Below, in pieces: positions 40,734 to 50,077 of a stretch of DNA of 64,000 nt. A program made the position numbers and the translations under genes. Every line of letters begins with the position of its first letter. The first letter of the stretch is position 1. Source of the DNA: an uncultured delta proteobacterium (lineage in GTDB: Bacteria; Myxococcota_A; Polyangia; Polyangiales; JAFGIB01). The stretch is taken from contig CAVZVA010000002.1 in NCBI GenBank assembly GCA_963778655.1, positions 480,001-544,000 on the forward strand, written 5' to 3'. Below the pieces are notes generated by a model that was not told the DNA's origin, searched no databases, and saw only the letters and a list, made by a program, of their open reading frames with translations.

Positions 40734-41576
40734 CTACAGCTTCCAGGTCGGCTGCGCCGGGCGTGGGGCGGGCCGGCCGAGCGCGTAGCCCTGGGCGTAG
40801 TGGCAGCCGCAGTCGCGCGCGGCGCGCACCTCGTCCCAGTTCTCGAGCCCCTCGGCCACCACGCGCGCGCCGAGGTCCACGCACATGCGCACCACCGCTT
40901 GAACCAGCAGGCGCTGGCGCTTGTGCTGGTCGAGGTTCGTCACCAGATGGCGGTCGAGCTTGACGATCGCCGGCTCCAGATCGGCAATGCGCTTGAGGTT
41001 GGAGTAACCGGCGCCGAGGTCGTCGACCACCACGTGCACGCCGCCGCGCTCTCGCATCTCGCGCAGCATGGTCGCGCACAGATCGTAGTGGGAAAACGGC
41101 ACGGACTCGGTGACCTCGACGTAGACGTCATCGTCGTGGGCGTACATCGGGTCGTCCAGCTGGATCACGAAGCGGTCGCCCAGCTCGGCCGGGTGCACGT
41201 TCAGGAACAGCGGCACGCCACGGCAGCCCTTGGACCCGATCGCGCGCAGCGTGCGCCCGAGCAGGCCGCAGAAGCGCTCGGCGGCGGCGCGCTTGAACAG
41301 GATTTCCGGATTGGTCAGGCCCGGCACCTGGCAGCGGGCGAGCACCTCGTAGGCAAACGGCTTGCCGTCGCGCAGATCGACGATCGGTTGATAGACGCAG
41401 CTGAGCTCGGCCACCGGCACGCAGCCGACCATGGCCGCGGAGCCCTCGACCTCCTCCAGCTCGGCCGCCCACTCGGTCACCACCGCTGGAGCCTCCGATG
41501 GGCTTCCCCGGACCGAAAAGCCGCTGGTCCGTGGAGACCACACGCCCTCGACCGGGAAATTGGGTTTTGACTTCAT
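40734..41576 (-). CDS. Stand-alone EAL domain c-di-GMP phosphodiesterase
   Basis: YQPIVD, YEVLAR, FLNV, VEVTE, VDDLGAGYS, VKLDR, VAEG, QGY. Confidence 0.88.
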   Translation of the reverse strand: MKSKPNFPVEGVWSPRTSGFSVRGSPSEAPAVVTEWAAELEEVEGSAAMVGCVPVAELSCVYQPIVDLRDGKPFAYEVLARCQVPGLTNPEILFKRAAAERFCGLLGRTLRAIGSKGCRGVPLFLNVHPAELGDRFVIQLDDPMYAHDDDVYVEVTESVPFSHYDLCATMLREMRERGGVHVVVDDLGAGYSNLKRIADLEPAIVKLDRHLVTNLDQHKRQRLLVQAVVRMCVDLGARVVAEGLENWDEVRAARDCGCHYAQGYALGRPAPRPAQPTWKL

Positions 41577-41799
41577 CGGAATCTAACAGTGCGATTTGAA
41601 ATATAGCCTCAGCCGCCCACCGAGTAAATGCATGCCCCCTGTAGTTCTGGGTACCAGCCCGGCGGCGGCGCTCGCTATGCGCCCGATCACAACCCGTAAC
41701 TAGTTGGGATAAAAGCGAGAATTCGGGTCACCTCCAGAGGCGCAAAGTCGCCAGCCGCTCTGAGAAATTGTGATTGATCGACCAATTTTCACGATTCTT

Positions 41800-42729
41800 T
41801 CATATTCCGGGAGCTGAGACGCCGCAGCGCGCCGCGGTCCTGGCCCGCAGCTGCCGCTGCCACTCGGCGTAGGTGGTGTCAGAGGGAGGCGACACCCAGG
41901 GGTCGAGGGTGTCGACCACGTCGTACAGCTCCTCGCCGGCCTGCAGCAGCCGGCAGTTGCGCTCCGCGATCGAAGCCGCGATGCGCTCGAACGCGGTGAC
42001 GCTCCAGTCGTGGCTGTCGTGCAGCAGCACCAGCCCGCCACGCTCACCGTCGAGCTGCTGGTTGCGCGCCAGCACGCGCCAGAAGATCTTGCGCAGCTCC
42101 TCGGGATCGTGCGCCACCCAGTCGGCCAGCCCCACGTTCCACAGCACGGTCACGTAGCGGCCGTTCTCGAGCATGCGGTCGAGCACGTGGTTGCGCGAGC
42201 CGTACGGAGGCCGAAACAGATAGGTGCGGGTGCCGAAGGCACGCAAGAACATCGCCTCCGCGCTCTGCAGCTCGGTGCGCAACGCGTCTGGCGCGAGCCG
42301 CGACATGTGCACGTGGTCGAAGCCGTGCGCGCCGACCTGGTGGCCGCGCCGCGCGACCTCGCGCGCCAGCTCGACCGAATGACGATTGCGTCGCTCGCGA
42401 CTCGCGAAGCGGCTGGTGGAGAAGAAGAAGGTCGCCTTGAAGCCCCAGCGGTCCAGGGCGTCGAGCAGCCTCGGCGTGTTGTGCGCGTCGGGACCGTCGT
42501 CAAAGGTGAAGTGCAGCAGGCGCCGGTTGGTGGCGCCGGTGATGATGCCGCCGCCCTGCACCTCGGCGCCCCGCTGCGTCGAGGACAACGCGTCCACCCG
42601 GCGCGGCGCCTCAACCAGCAAGCACGCGCGCGCATGCCCGCGCAGCAGCAGCGCGCACGCGCCGGCCAGGCCGAGCGCGAGCCACTGTGCAGTCGCGCGA
42701 CGGCGACCCACCGCGAGTCTCGCCAGCAT
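41800..42729 (-). CDS. Polysaccharide deacetylase (NodB/CE4)
   Basis: TFDDGP, KATFF, HGFDH, FRPPYG, DW, VLLHD. Confidence 0.9.
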   Translation of the reverse strand: MLARLAVGRRRATAQWLALGLAGACALLLRGHARACLLVEAPRRVDALSSTQRGAEVQGGGIITGATNRRLLHFTFDDGPDAHNTPRLLDALDRWGFKATFFFSTSRFASRERRNRHSVELAREVARRGHQVGAHGFDHVHMSRLAPDALRTELQSAEAMFLRAFGTRTYLFRPPYGSRNHVLDRMLENGRYVTVLWNVGLADWVAHDPEELRKIFWRVLARNQQLDGERGGLVLLHDSHDWSVTAFERIAASIAERNCRLLQAGEELYDVVDTLDPWVSPPSDTTYAEWQRQLRARTAARCGVSAPGI

Positions 42730-42800
42730 GCTGCGATTGTAACCCGCCGGGCACGCGGCTCGCGAGAAGGTCGCGCCGATCGCGCGCGCGGCCCTCGGCG

Positions 42801-43394
42801 TCAGACCCAGTCGGCGGGGCGCGCGCCGGCGGCCTGCAGGCGCAAGGCCTCGAGCCGGGGTCGAAACGCGGACCGCCTGGAGGGGGTCTTCGCCGCGGCG
42901 GCGACGGTCGGCGGGGGCAGGTAGCGCTTGCGGACCAGGCCGAAAATACGCTTGTGGTGTCGTTGCAGGTAGGTCATGAACGCATCCACGTCGTAGAAGG
43001 TGGTGCCCACCTCCTCGGCGTTGACCTCGCACCCGGTCTCGTCAAATTCGCGACAGATCAGCGGCCGGTGCTCATAGATCCCGCAGCGGTTGTCGGCCTG
43101 CAGGTGGCGGCAGCGGGTGTCCATCTGCACCATCCAGGACTCGCCGTCCGCGTACACCGACACGCCTTGGTGGTAGAGGTACCACAGGATCTCGTTGGCG
43201 CCGCGCAGCGTGCTCGGCGGGTCGATCTCGACGGCCACGTAGCTGCAGCACAGCGCGCACTGTAGGCAGGGCACCTGCGTCCGCCCGTTCGCCAGCACCG
43301 GCAGCTTGCGGGCGGAGGGCTTGGCGCGCTCGCGCGCGGTCTTGGGCTTGGACAGGCTGCGCTTCGTGCGCCCGTTGGAGGGTCGTTTGGGCAT
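42801..43394 (-). CDS. YkgJ family cysteine-cluster protein
   Basis: CLQCALCC, CRHL...NRCGIYEHRPLICREF. Confidence 0.85.
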   Translation of the reverse strand: MPKRPSNGRTKRSLSKPKTARERAKPSARKLPVLANGRTQVPCLQCALCCSYVAVEIDPPSTLRGANEILWYLYHQGVSVYADGESWMVQMDTRCRHLQADNRCGIYEHRPLICREFDETGCEVNAEEVGTTFYDVDAFMTYLQRHHKRIFGLVRKRYLPPPTVAAAAKTPSRRSAFRPRLEALRLQAAGARPADWV

Positions 43395-43408
43395 GGGCGC
43401 AGTTGTAG

Positions 43409-44095
43409 TCAACCGGGTTCGATCCGCAAGAGCTCCCGCGCACTGTGTTGGACGCGTTCCAGATCGATTTCGATACCGAAGTTGAGCAGCGTGGTCAGAC
43501 CGAGCGCGGCCGCGACCAGCCACGCGGCCAGCAAATCGGCGTCGACCGGAGTATGGACCGTGCCGGCGAGCTGGCCGTTGCGGGCGGCGTCGGCCAGGCG
43601 TGTCAGGGCGTGCTCGATCAACAGCTTGAAGCGCGCGCGCATCTTGTCCGCGCGCGGCACGCCGCGCGTCATCAAATGCAGGATCAGCCTTTGCTGGCCC
43701 ATCAACGGCACCCTGCCGCTCGAAGCCGCGGTCAAGAAGCGGCCGATCGTATCGCTGAGATCGTTGGCGCTCTGGCTGGCGGCCACCACTGAATCCACGA
43801 AGTCGACCAGCACGCGCTCGATCACGCAGGCCAGGAAGTCGTCGCGGTCGCGGAAGTGCACGTAGAACGCGCCGCGGGTGAACCCGGCACGCGCGCAGAT
43901 CGCGTCCAGGCTCGGCAGGTCCACGCCCTCCTCGGAGAATAGGCTCATGCCCGCGCGCAGCAGCGCTTCGCGCGTTTCCTGCTTCGCAGCCTGCCGGGAT
44001 TTCGCCTTGCCGTCGCCCACCACGCCTGCTCGCCTCCGCCGGGGACCCGCCGCCCGGCCCGAGCCCACCGCCTTCGAATGTGTGCTCGGGCTCAT
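43409..44095 (-). CDS. TetR/AcrR family transcriptional regulator
   Basis: TREALLRAG, SLDAICARAGFTRGAFYVHFRDRDD. Confidence 0.9.
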   Translation of the reverse strand: MSPSTHSKAVGSGRAAGPRRRRAGVVGDGKAKSRQAAKQETREALLRAGMSLFSEEGVDLPSLDAICARAGFTRGAFYVHFRDRDDFLACVIERVLVDFVDSVVAASQSANDLSDTIGRFLTAASSGRVPLMGQQRLILHLMTRGVPRADKMRARFKLLIEHALTRLADAARNGQLAGTVHTPVDADLLAAWLVAAALGLTTLLNFGIEIDLERVQHSARELLRIEPG

Positions 44096-44149
44096 AGCCG
44101 GCAAGCGGCCCGCCACGCAAGGGCCGTGGCCGCGATGCTACGGCGCGGC

Positions 44150-45619
44150 CTATGCCAGCTGCGAGTCCGTGTCGAGGGACGCCGCGCGTCGGCGGCGGCG
44201 GCCCAGCCGGCGCAGCACGCTCTGTGCGGCGAAGTAGCCGCACATCCCGTGTACGCCGCCGCCGGGCGGCGTGGCCGCAGAGCACAGGAACAGCCGCGGG
44301 TTGGGCGTGCTGTAGGGATCGAGGCGCGCGACTGGGCGCGTGAAGAGCTGACCGAGGTCGGCCGCGCCGCCCGCGATCACCCCGCCCACCAGGCTCTCGT
44401 TGTAGCGCTCGAGATCGGCCGGCGCGTGGGCCTTGCGCGCCAGCACCAGATCGCGAAAGCCGGGCGCGAAGCGCTCGATCTGGGCCTCGATGCGCGCGCC
44501 GACGTCGAGCGTCGAGCCGTAAGGCACGTGGCAGTACGCGTAGCCGGTGTGGCGCCCGACCGGCGCGCGCGAGGGGTCGAACATGCTCTGCTGCGCGACC
44601 AGCACGAAGGGTCGCTCGTGGTGCTGCCCGGCGAACGCGGCGGCCTCGGAGGCCGCGATCTCCTGCAGCGTGCCGCCCAGGTGCACGGTCGAGGCACGGG
44701 CGCACTCCGGATCGCGCCAGGGGATGGGCCCGGAAAGGGCCCAGTCGAGCTTGAACACGCCGGGCCCGTAGCGGTAGCGCGCGAGGCGGCGCAGGTAGCC
44801 GGCCGGCAACTGCTCGCCGGCGATTTGCGACAGCTGCTTGGGGGCCAGGTCGAACAGGTACGCGCGCGCTTCGGGCAACTCGCGCAGCGCAGCCACGCGC
44901 CGCCCGGTTTCGATGCGGCCGCCGAGCGCGCGCAAGTAGGAGGCCAGCGCGGCGGCGACGGCCTGCGAGCCACCTCGTGCGACCGGCCAGTCGCACAGGT
45001 GACCGGTCAGCGCGAACAGCAGCCCGACCGCGCCGGTGCCGAGCTTGTCGAGCGGCAGGATGGAGTGCGCGGCGCAGCCCGCGAGCAGGGCGCGCGCGCG
45101 CCGCTCGGCGAACAGGCCGCCCCCCAGGCGCAGCGCGGAGCGCAGGCCGTAGAAGCCGAAGCGCGCCATGGCCAGCGGATGGCGCGGCCAGCGCAATGGC
45201 CCGAGCAGGTCGGCGAGCAGCGGCGTGCCCACGCGCACGAAGGCCTGCATCAGCTTGCGGTACGCGTGCGCGTCGCGGCCGAGGCGTTCGGCCGTGGCCT
45301 CGAACGAGCGCTCCAGGGTGACGGCGGGGCCGTCATCGAGCGGGTGCGCGAAGGACAGCGGCGGGCTCACCCACTGCAGGCCGTGCTGCGCCAGCGGCAG
45401 GGTGGAGAGGAAGGGCGAGAGCACGCCCAGCGGGTGCACGGCGGAGCACACGTCGTGGTGAAAGCCGGGCAGCGTGAGCTCGGCCGTGCGCGTGCCGCCG
45501 CCGGGCTCGGAGTGCGCCTCCAGCACCAGCACCGAGAGACCCTGCTGCGCCAGGGCCACGGCCGCGGCGAGCCCGTTGGGCCCTGAGCCGATGATCACCG
45601 CGTCGAGCTCGCCCGTCAC
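44150..45619 (-). CDS. Phytoene dehydrogenase-like NAD(P)/FAD-dependent oxidoreductase
   Basis: IIGSGPNGLAAA, GFHHDVCSAVHP, GGSQ, TPPGGGVHGMCG. Confidence 0.88.
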   Translation of the reverse strand: MTGELDAVIIGSGPNGLAAAVALAQQGLSVLVLEAHSEPGGGTRTAELTLPGFHHDVCSAVHPLGVLSPFLSTLPLAQHGLQWVSPPLSFAHPLDDGPAVTLERSFEATAERLGRDAHAYRKLMQAFVRVGTPLLADLLGPLRWPRHPLAMARFGFYGLRSALRLGGGLFAERRARALLAGCAAHSILPLDKLGTGAVGLLFALTGHLCDWPVARGGSQAVAAALASYLRALGGRIETGRRVAALRELPEARAYLFDLAPKQLSQIAGEQLPAGYLRRLARYRYGPGVFKLDWALSGPIPWRDPECARASTVHLGGTLQEIAASEAAAFAGQHHERPFVLVAQQSMFDPSRAPVGRHTGYAYCHVPYGSTLDVGARIEAQIERFAPGFRDLVLARKAHAPADLERYNESLVGGVIAGGAADLGQLFTRPVARLDPYSTPNPRLFLCSAATPPGGGVHGMCGYFAAQSVLRRLGRRRRRAASLDTDSQLA

Positions 45620-45784
45620 GTAGCCTCGAGAACGAAAGAGCCGCTTATAGCATGCGCGGCGCACCCGAGGGCGAGCTGGTGTCGGCCACGCCTGTCATGA
45701 AACAGCAAGCCGGGAAGAGCAGCTGTGTCTCGTTGTGCGCGGGATGCGCGGCGCGCCGCTCCGGGAGCGGCTACAGTTGCGGCC

Positions 45785-46945
45785 ATGCGGAAACCCGACC
45801 TGCCGCCTGCGTCGCTCGAGCCGGCCGAGGCGGTGCTCAAGTTCCTGGCCAGCATAGGCTCCAGCGCCGACGCCGAGCTCTACCTGCGGCTGTTTCGCTC
45901 GCGGGCGCCCGAGGGCTTCGCCACACTCGCGGTCGAGGCCGCCGCGCTCGAGCACGACGCCGACGGCGTGGCGCTCGATCTGCGCTTCCTGCACGCGCTC
46001 GATCTCACCCCCGTCGTGGTGTTGGGCATGGACGCGGACGAGCCGCAAGCCGCGGCGACACACCGGCAGGACCTGGCCGAGCTGCTGCGCCGCTCGGGGC
46101 TGCAAAGCTTGCTGCATACCACCGCCGGCCCCTACGACCAGGTGGTGGCCGCGGCGAGAGCCGGGGTGATTCCGTTGCTGCTGGCCAGCGGTGCCGACCA
46201 CGGCAGCAGGCTCGAGTCGCTGGCGCACACACTGGCGGCGTTGCGCACGCACAAGTTGATCTTCCTGGGGCCGCTGGGAGGGCTGCGGCTGCACGGCAAG
46301 CCGCTCAACATGGTCAACTTGAACACCGACTACGAGTCGCTGGAGCAAGAGCTGCTGCTGCAGCCTCACCAGCGCAGGCTGCTCGAGGACAGCCGCCGCT
46401 TGATCCTCGAGCTGGTCCCTCACCGTATACTGGTGTCGCTGACCTCACCGCTGAACCTGCTGCACGAGCTGTTCACGGTGAAAGGCGCAGGCACGTTGCT
46501 GCGCAAGGGGGTCGCGATCCGCCGCCACGACGGCTATGCGGGCGTGGACCTGCCGCGGCTGCGCGCGCTGCTCGCGTCGAGCTTCGGCAAGGCGCCGAGC
46601 GAGGCGCTGTGGAGCCGCCCGCTCGAGCACGCCTACATCGAGGAGGGCTACCGCGGCGCCGCGCTGCTGCATCGCACGGAGCTAGGCGGCTACCTGTCGA
46701 AGTTCGCGGTCACGCGCGAGGCCCAGGGCGAGGGCATCGGCCAGGACCTGTGGAGCGCGCTGTGCACCGACTACGCGGCACTGCTGTGGCGGGCCAGGCG
46801 CGATAATCCGATCCGCCCCTGGTACGAGCGCAACTGCCAGGGCCGCTTCGAGACCGACGGCTGGTCAGTCTACTTCCGCGGCCTGCGCCCGGAGCAGCTC
46901 CCCCAGGCCATCGCACTCGCCCTCTCCCAACCCCTCGACTTCTAA
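45785..46945 (+). CDS. Vertebrate-like/Xanthomonas-type N-acetylglutamate synthase (degenerate AAK domain + DUF619 NAT domain)
   Basis: LLHELFTVKGAGTLL, YLSKFAV, QGEGIGQDLW, WRARRDNPIRPWY. Confidence 0.75.
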   Translation: MRKPDLPPASLEPAEAVLKFLASIGSSADAELYLRLFRSRAPEGFATLAVEAAALEHDADGVALDLRFLHALDLTPVVVLGMDADEPQAAATHRQDLAELLRRSGLQSLLHTTAGPYDQVVAAARAGVIPLLLASGADHGSRLESLAHTLAALRTHKLIFLGPLGGLRLHGKPLNMVNLNTDYESLEQELLLQPHQRRLLEDSRRLILELVPHRILVSLTSPLNLLHELFTVKGAGTLLRKGVAIRRHDGYAGVDLPRLRALLASSFGKAPSEALWSRPLEHAYIEEGYRGAALLHRTELGGYLSKFAVTREAQGEGIGQDLWSALCTDYAALLWRARRDNPIRPWYERNCQGRFETDGWSVYFRGLRPEQLPQAIALALSQPLDF

Positions 46946-47004
46946 CCCCTGCCCCTGCCCTACCCCTACCCCTACCCCTACCCCTGCCCCTGCCCCCGCC
47001 CCTG
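46946..47004. repeat. (CCCCTR)10 hexamer tract
   Basis: cccctg cccctg cccta ccccta ccccta ccccta cccctg cccctg cccccg cccctg, starting right after the TAA. Confidence 0.9.
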
Positions 47005-47027
47005 CCCGTCCTCGTCCCCCGGAGCTG

Positions 47028-47095
47028 CAACAGCAAGACGGGAAGGCGGAAAGGGCGTGTCTACGCTTGGCTTCCCGCCTTCCTGTGAATCTCTT
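47028..47095. repeat. GGAAG/CTTCC repeat, copy 5
   Basis: CAACAGCAAGACGGGAAGGCGGAAAG...CTTCCCGCCTTCCTGTGAATCTCTT. Confidence 0.8.
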
Positions 47096-47119
47096 CAACC
47101 GGCCGGCGCTCGCGGCCTT

Positions 47120-48136
47120 TCAACCCATCGGGTACATGATCTCGCGGCTGAGCTTGTCGACCGCCTCGAGCGCCGCAGGCGGGAGCTTCGCCTCCGCGCC
47201 GGCCAGCAGCTGGTCGAGCTGAGCCGGGCTGGTGGCGCCGACGATGGTCGAGCCGACGTAGTCGCGGCTGAGCGTCCAGGCCACGGCAAAGGCGACCGGC
47301 GAGAGCCCGTGCTCGGACGCGAGCTGCACCACGCGCGCGGTGGTCCGCAGCGTCTTGTCGTTGACGAAGCGGCGCGTCATGGTCTCGGTGCGCGCGCCGC
47401 CCTTGCGGTAGCCGCTGAAGCGCGCCCCCTCGGGCCACGCGCCGTCCTGGTACTTTCCGCTGAGCACACCGCCGGCGATCGGGCTGTAGGGCAACAAGCT
47501 CACCTGCTCGCGCCGGCACAGGTTGGCGAGCTCGTCCTCGAAGCGCCGGTTGAGCAGGCTGAAGTTGTTCTGGATCGTGTGGTAGCGCGGCAACCCCTCG
47601 TACTTGGATACGTACAGCGCCTGCGTGAGCCCGTAGGCGTTCTCGTTGCTGCAGCCCACGTAACGCACCTTGCCGGCCTCGACCACGCGCGCGAGCGCCT
47701 CCAGCGTCTGCTCGATCGGCAGCTCGGGGTCGGGCCAGTGCGTCTGGTAGAGGTCGATGTAGTCGGTGCCCAGGCGTTGCAGGCTGGCGTCGACCGCGCG
47801 CTCGACGTGATGCCGATCGAGCGCGGTGCGCCCGCCGCGCACCGGCGGCAGGAACCAGCCGCCGCCCGGTCCGGCGACCTTGGTCGCGATCACCACCGAG
47901 TCGCGCGCGCGGCCCTTGAGCCACTTGCCGACGATGCGCTCGGTGCGGCCGGCCCATTCGGCGTTGGGCGGCACGGGATAGAGCTCGGCGGCGTCGAGGA
48001 AGTCGACCCCGGCGTCGAACGCCTTGTCGAGAATCGCCAGCGAAGCGCTCTCGTCAGCCATGTTGCCGAAGGTCATCGTGCCCAGGCACACCTCGGACAC
48101 GGTCAGGCCGCTCCTGCCCAAACGTCGTCGCCTCAT
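47120..48136 (-). CDS. Aldo/keto reductase (Tas-like)
   Basis: LGRSGLTVSEVCLGTMTFG, DAAELYP, IATKV, DYIDLYQTHWPD, GCSNE, PYSPIAGG; GGAGG RBS. Confidence 0.92.
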   Translation of the reverse strand: MRRRRLGRSGLTVSEVCLGTMTFGNMADESASLAILDKAFDAGVDFLDAAELYPVPPNAEWAGRTERIVGKWLKGRARDSVVIATKVAGPGGGWFLPPVRGGRTALDRHHVERAVDASLQRLGTDYIDLYQTHWPDPELPIEQTLEALARVVEAGKVRYVGCSNENAYGLTQALYVSKYEGLPRYHTIQNNFSLLNRRFEDELANLCRREQVSLLPYSPIAGGVLSGKYQDGAWPEGARFSGYRKGGARTETMTRRFVNDKTLRTTARVVQLASEHGLSPVAFAVAWTLSRDYVGSTIVGATSPAQLDQLLAGAEAKLPPAALEAVDKLSREIMYPMG

Positions 48137-48296
48137 CGCCGCCGCACCTCCTGTGGGGAAACGGGCACTGTACACCGCCCGGGCGGGGGCAGCGAGCACC
48201 GCGCGCACCCCGAAATCGGGGTCGCTCGCAAGCCCGCCGCAATCCGGTAGAATCGTCCCCGAAATGGACCGTCTACCGGGGGTCAGGAGCGTGATC

Positions 48297-49154
48297 ATGG
48301 CACTGCCACGAGCCGCCTGCGTCGGCACACTTGCCCTCCTCTTGCTGGCATGGCCGGGCGGCTCGGCCCGCGCCGACGAGGCCGAGGGCCACTACCGGAT
48401 GGGGCTCGCCTCCGAGCGCAAGGGCGACCTCGCGGGCGCCGCGCGCGAGGTCCAAGAGGCGGTGCGGCAGCGGCCGCAGTTCGCCGCGGCCTGGCTCACG
48501 CTCGGCGGCATCGAGCGCAAGCAGGGCCATCTGGACGCCGCGCTCCAGGCCTTCGAGAAGGTCATCGCGCTCACGCCCAAGCAGGCGCAGGCCTACGCGC
48601 TCGGCGGGGCGGTGCTGATCCGGCTCAAGAAATACGATCAGGCGGTGGAACGGCTGCGCAAGGCGATCGAGCTCGATCCCGACGACCGCCAGAGCGTGTC
48701 GAATCTGGGCGTGGCGCTGCGCAAGCTGGGCCGCAACGACGACGCGATCAAGGTCATGGACGACCAGGTCAAGCGGACGCCCGACGACCCCGAGCTGCTC
48801 AACAACCTCGCGGTCGCCCTGCGCCAGCAACGCCGCTACGAGGAGGCGATCGTGCACCTGGAGCACGCGCTCGAGCTCAAGCCGGCCGACGTCAGGTTGC
48901 AGCGCAATCTCGCGATCACGCTGCGCGGCGCCGAGCGCTGGAAGGAGGCGATCCCACGCTATCAGGCGGTGCTCGCCGCGGACCCGAACGACGCTGCGAT
49001 GCTCTACGACCTGGCCAACTGCTACGAGAAGCTCGGCGACAATAAAGAGGCGGTGCGGACCTACCGCCGCTATGTGGACGTGGTCCGCGCCAAGGACCCG
49101 GCGGCGGCGGGCCGCGGCCAGGACCGGATCAAGGCGCTCGAGCACATGCCCTGA
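48297..49154 (+). CDS. Secreted tetratricopeptide repeat protein
   Basis: Signal peptide (SARA) followed by about 7 TPRs. Alternative start at 48264. Confidence 0.88.
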   Translation: MALPRAACVGTLALLLLAWPGGSARADEAEGHYRMGLASERKGDLAGAAREVQEAVRQRPQFAAAWLTLGGIERKQGHLDAALQAFEKVIALTPKQAQAYALGGAVLIRLKKYDQAVERLRKAIELDPDDRQSVSNLGVALRKLGRNDDAIKVMDDQVKRTPDDPELLNNLAVALRQQRRYEEAIVHLEHALELKPADVRLQRNLAITLRGAERWKEAIPRYQAVLAADPNDAAMLYDLANCYEKLGDNKEAVRTYRRYVDVVRAKDPAAAGRGQDRIKALEHMP

Positions 49155-49243
49155 ACGCGTGAGCCGCCAAGCTCGCCGCGGCAGAACGCCGCGGCCAGGC
49201 TGCGCCTCGGCTCCAAGTCTCCGAAACGATTGATCACCAGGCT

Positions 49244-49260
49244 CGGCACGGGGCGTGCAT
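49244..49260 (+). promoter_or_regulatory. Sigma54 (-24/-12) promoter
   Basis: CGGCACG-GGGC-GTGCAT versus consensus TGGCACG-N4-TTGCW. GG 49245-46 and GC 49257-58 are exactly 10 nt apart; a GGAGAG RBS and the ATG follow. Confidence 0.65.
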
Positions 49261-49282
49261 GGTGCCCGGGTGGAGAGCCACC

Positions 49283-50077
49283 ATGGGCATCTATTCGCGG
49301 GATGAGGGCTGGGCGCGTTACCGGGCGCGCGCCGCGAGGTACGACCACCTGACCGTCGAGCAGGAGGTCGAGCTGGCGGAGCGCTGGCGCGACGGCGATG
49401 AGCGCGCAGGAACGCGGCTGATCGCCTGCAACCTACGGCACGTGGTCGCGATCGCGTTGGACTATCGGCGCTGGGGCGTGCCGATCGACGATCTGATCCA
49501 GCAGGGCAGCATCGGCTTGCTCAAGGCGGCCCGGCGCTTCGATCCGAGCCAGGGCACCTCGCTGAAGGCCTATGCCAGCTACTGGATTCGGGCGGAGATC
49601 CGCGACTACGTGGTGCGCGGCTACCGCATCGTGCGCCTGGGGACGACCCGCACCGAGCGCCGGGCGTTGCGCGCGTTTCGCACCAGCGACGTGGAGAACG
49701 CGCAGGAGCTCGCGGCGCGCAGCGGCATGCCCGAAGCGCGCTGCCGGCTGCTATGGCCGCTGCTCTCGCACGCGGACCGCTCGCTCGACAGCGATTCCAG
49801 CGGCGGCACGCCGGGCCGCGACCTGCTACGGGACGGCGGGCCCGATCCGGAGAGCGCCGCGCTGCGCCGGGAGGCCAGCCAGCGCGCGCGCACGCGGGTC
49901 GAGCTGGCGATGGCGGCGCTCTCAGAGCGCGAGCGCCGCATCGTGTGGGCGCGCATGGCCGGAGACGAGCCGGAAACCCTGGATCAGCTCGGCAAGCGCC
50001 TGGGCGTCAGCCGCGAGCGCGTGCGCCAGCTCGAGTCGAGAGCCAAAGACAAGCTCCGCGAAGCCCTCTCGGCTTGA
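49283..50077 (+). CDS. RpoH (sigma32)-like sigma70-family factor
   Basis: NLRHVVAIA, DLIQQGSIGLLKAARRFDP, YASYWIRAEI, RpoH-box-like RIVRLGTTRTERR, TLDQLGKRLGVSRERVRQLE. Confidence 0.88.
   Translation: MGIYSRDEGWARYRARAARYDHLTVEQEVELAERWRDGDERAGTRLIACNLRHVVAIALDYRRWGVPIDDLIQQGSIGLLKAARRFDPSQGTSLKAYASYWIRAEIRDYVVRGYRIVRLGTTRTERRALRAFRTSDVENAQELAARSGMPEARCRLLWPLLSHADRSLDSDSSGGTPGRDLLRDGGPDPESAALRREASQRARTRVELAMAALSERERRIVWARMAGDEPETLDQLGKRLGVSRERVRQLESRAKDKLREALSA

Noticed and set aside
41730..41765. c-di-GMP-I riboswitch suggested by GGCGCAAAG near the EAL gene
   Set aside because: It is on the wrong strand for the EAL gene, and the GGCAAA/GAAA tetraloop elements are missing.
44150..45619. 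Carotenoid cluster (crtI)
   Set aside because: No crtB/crtE nearby; the sequence fits the broad phytoene-dehydrogenase-like family of unknown substrate.
46946..47004. Telomere or eukaryotic contamination
   Set aside because: The tract is short, imperfect, internal and flanked by intact bacterial genes.
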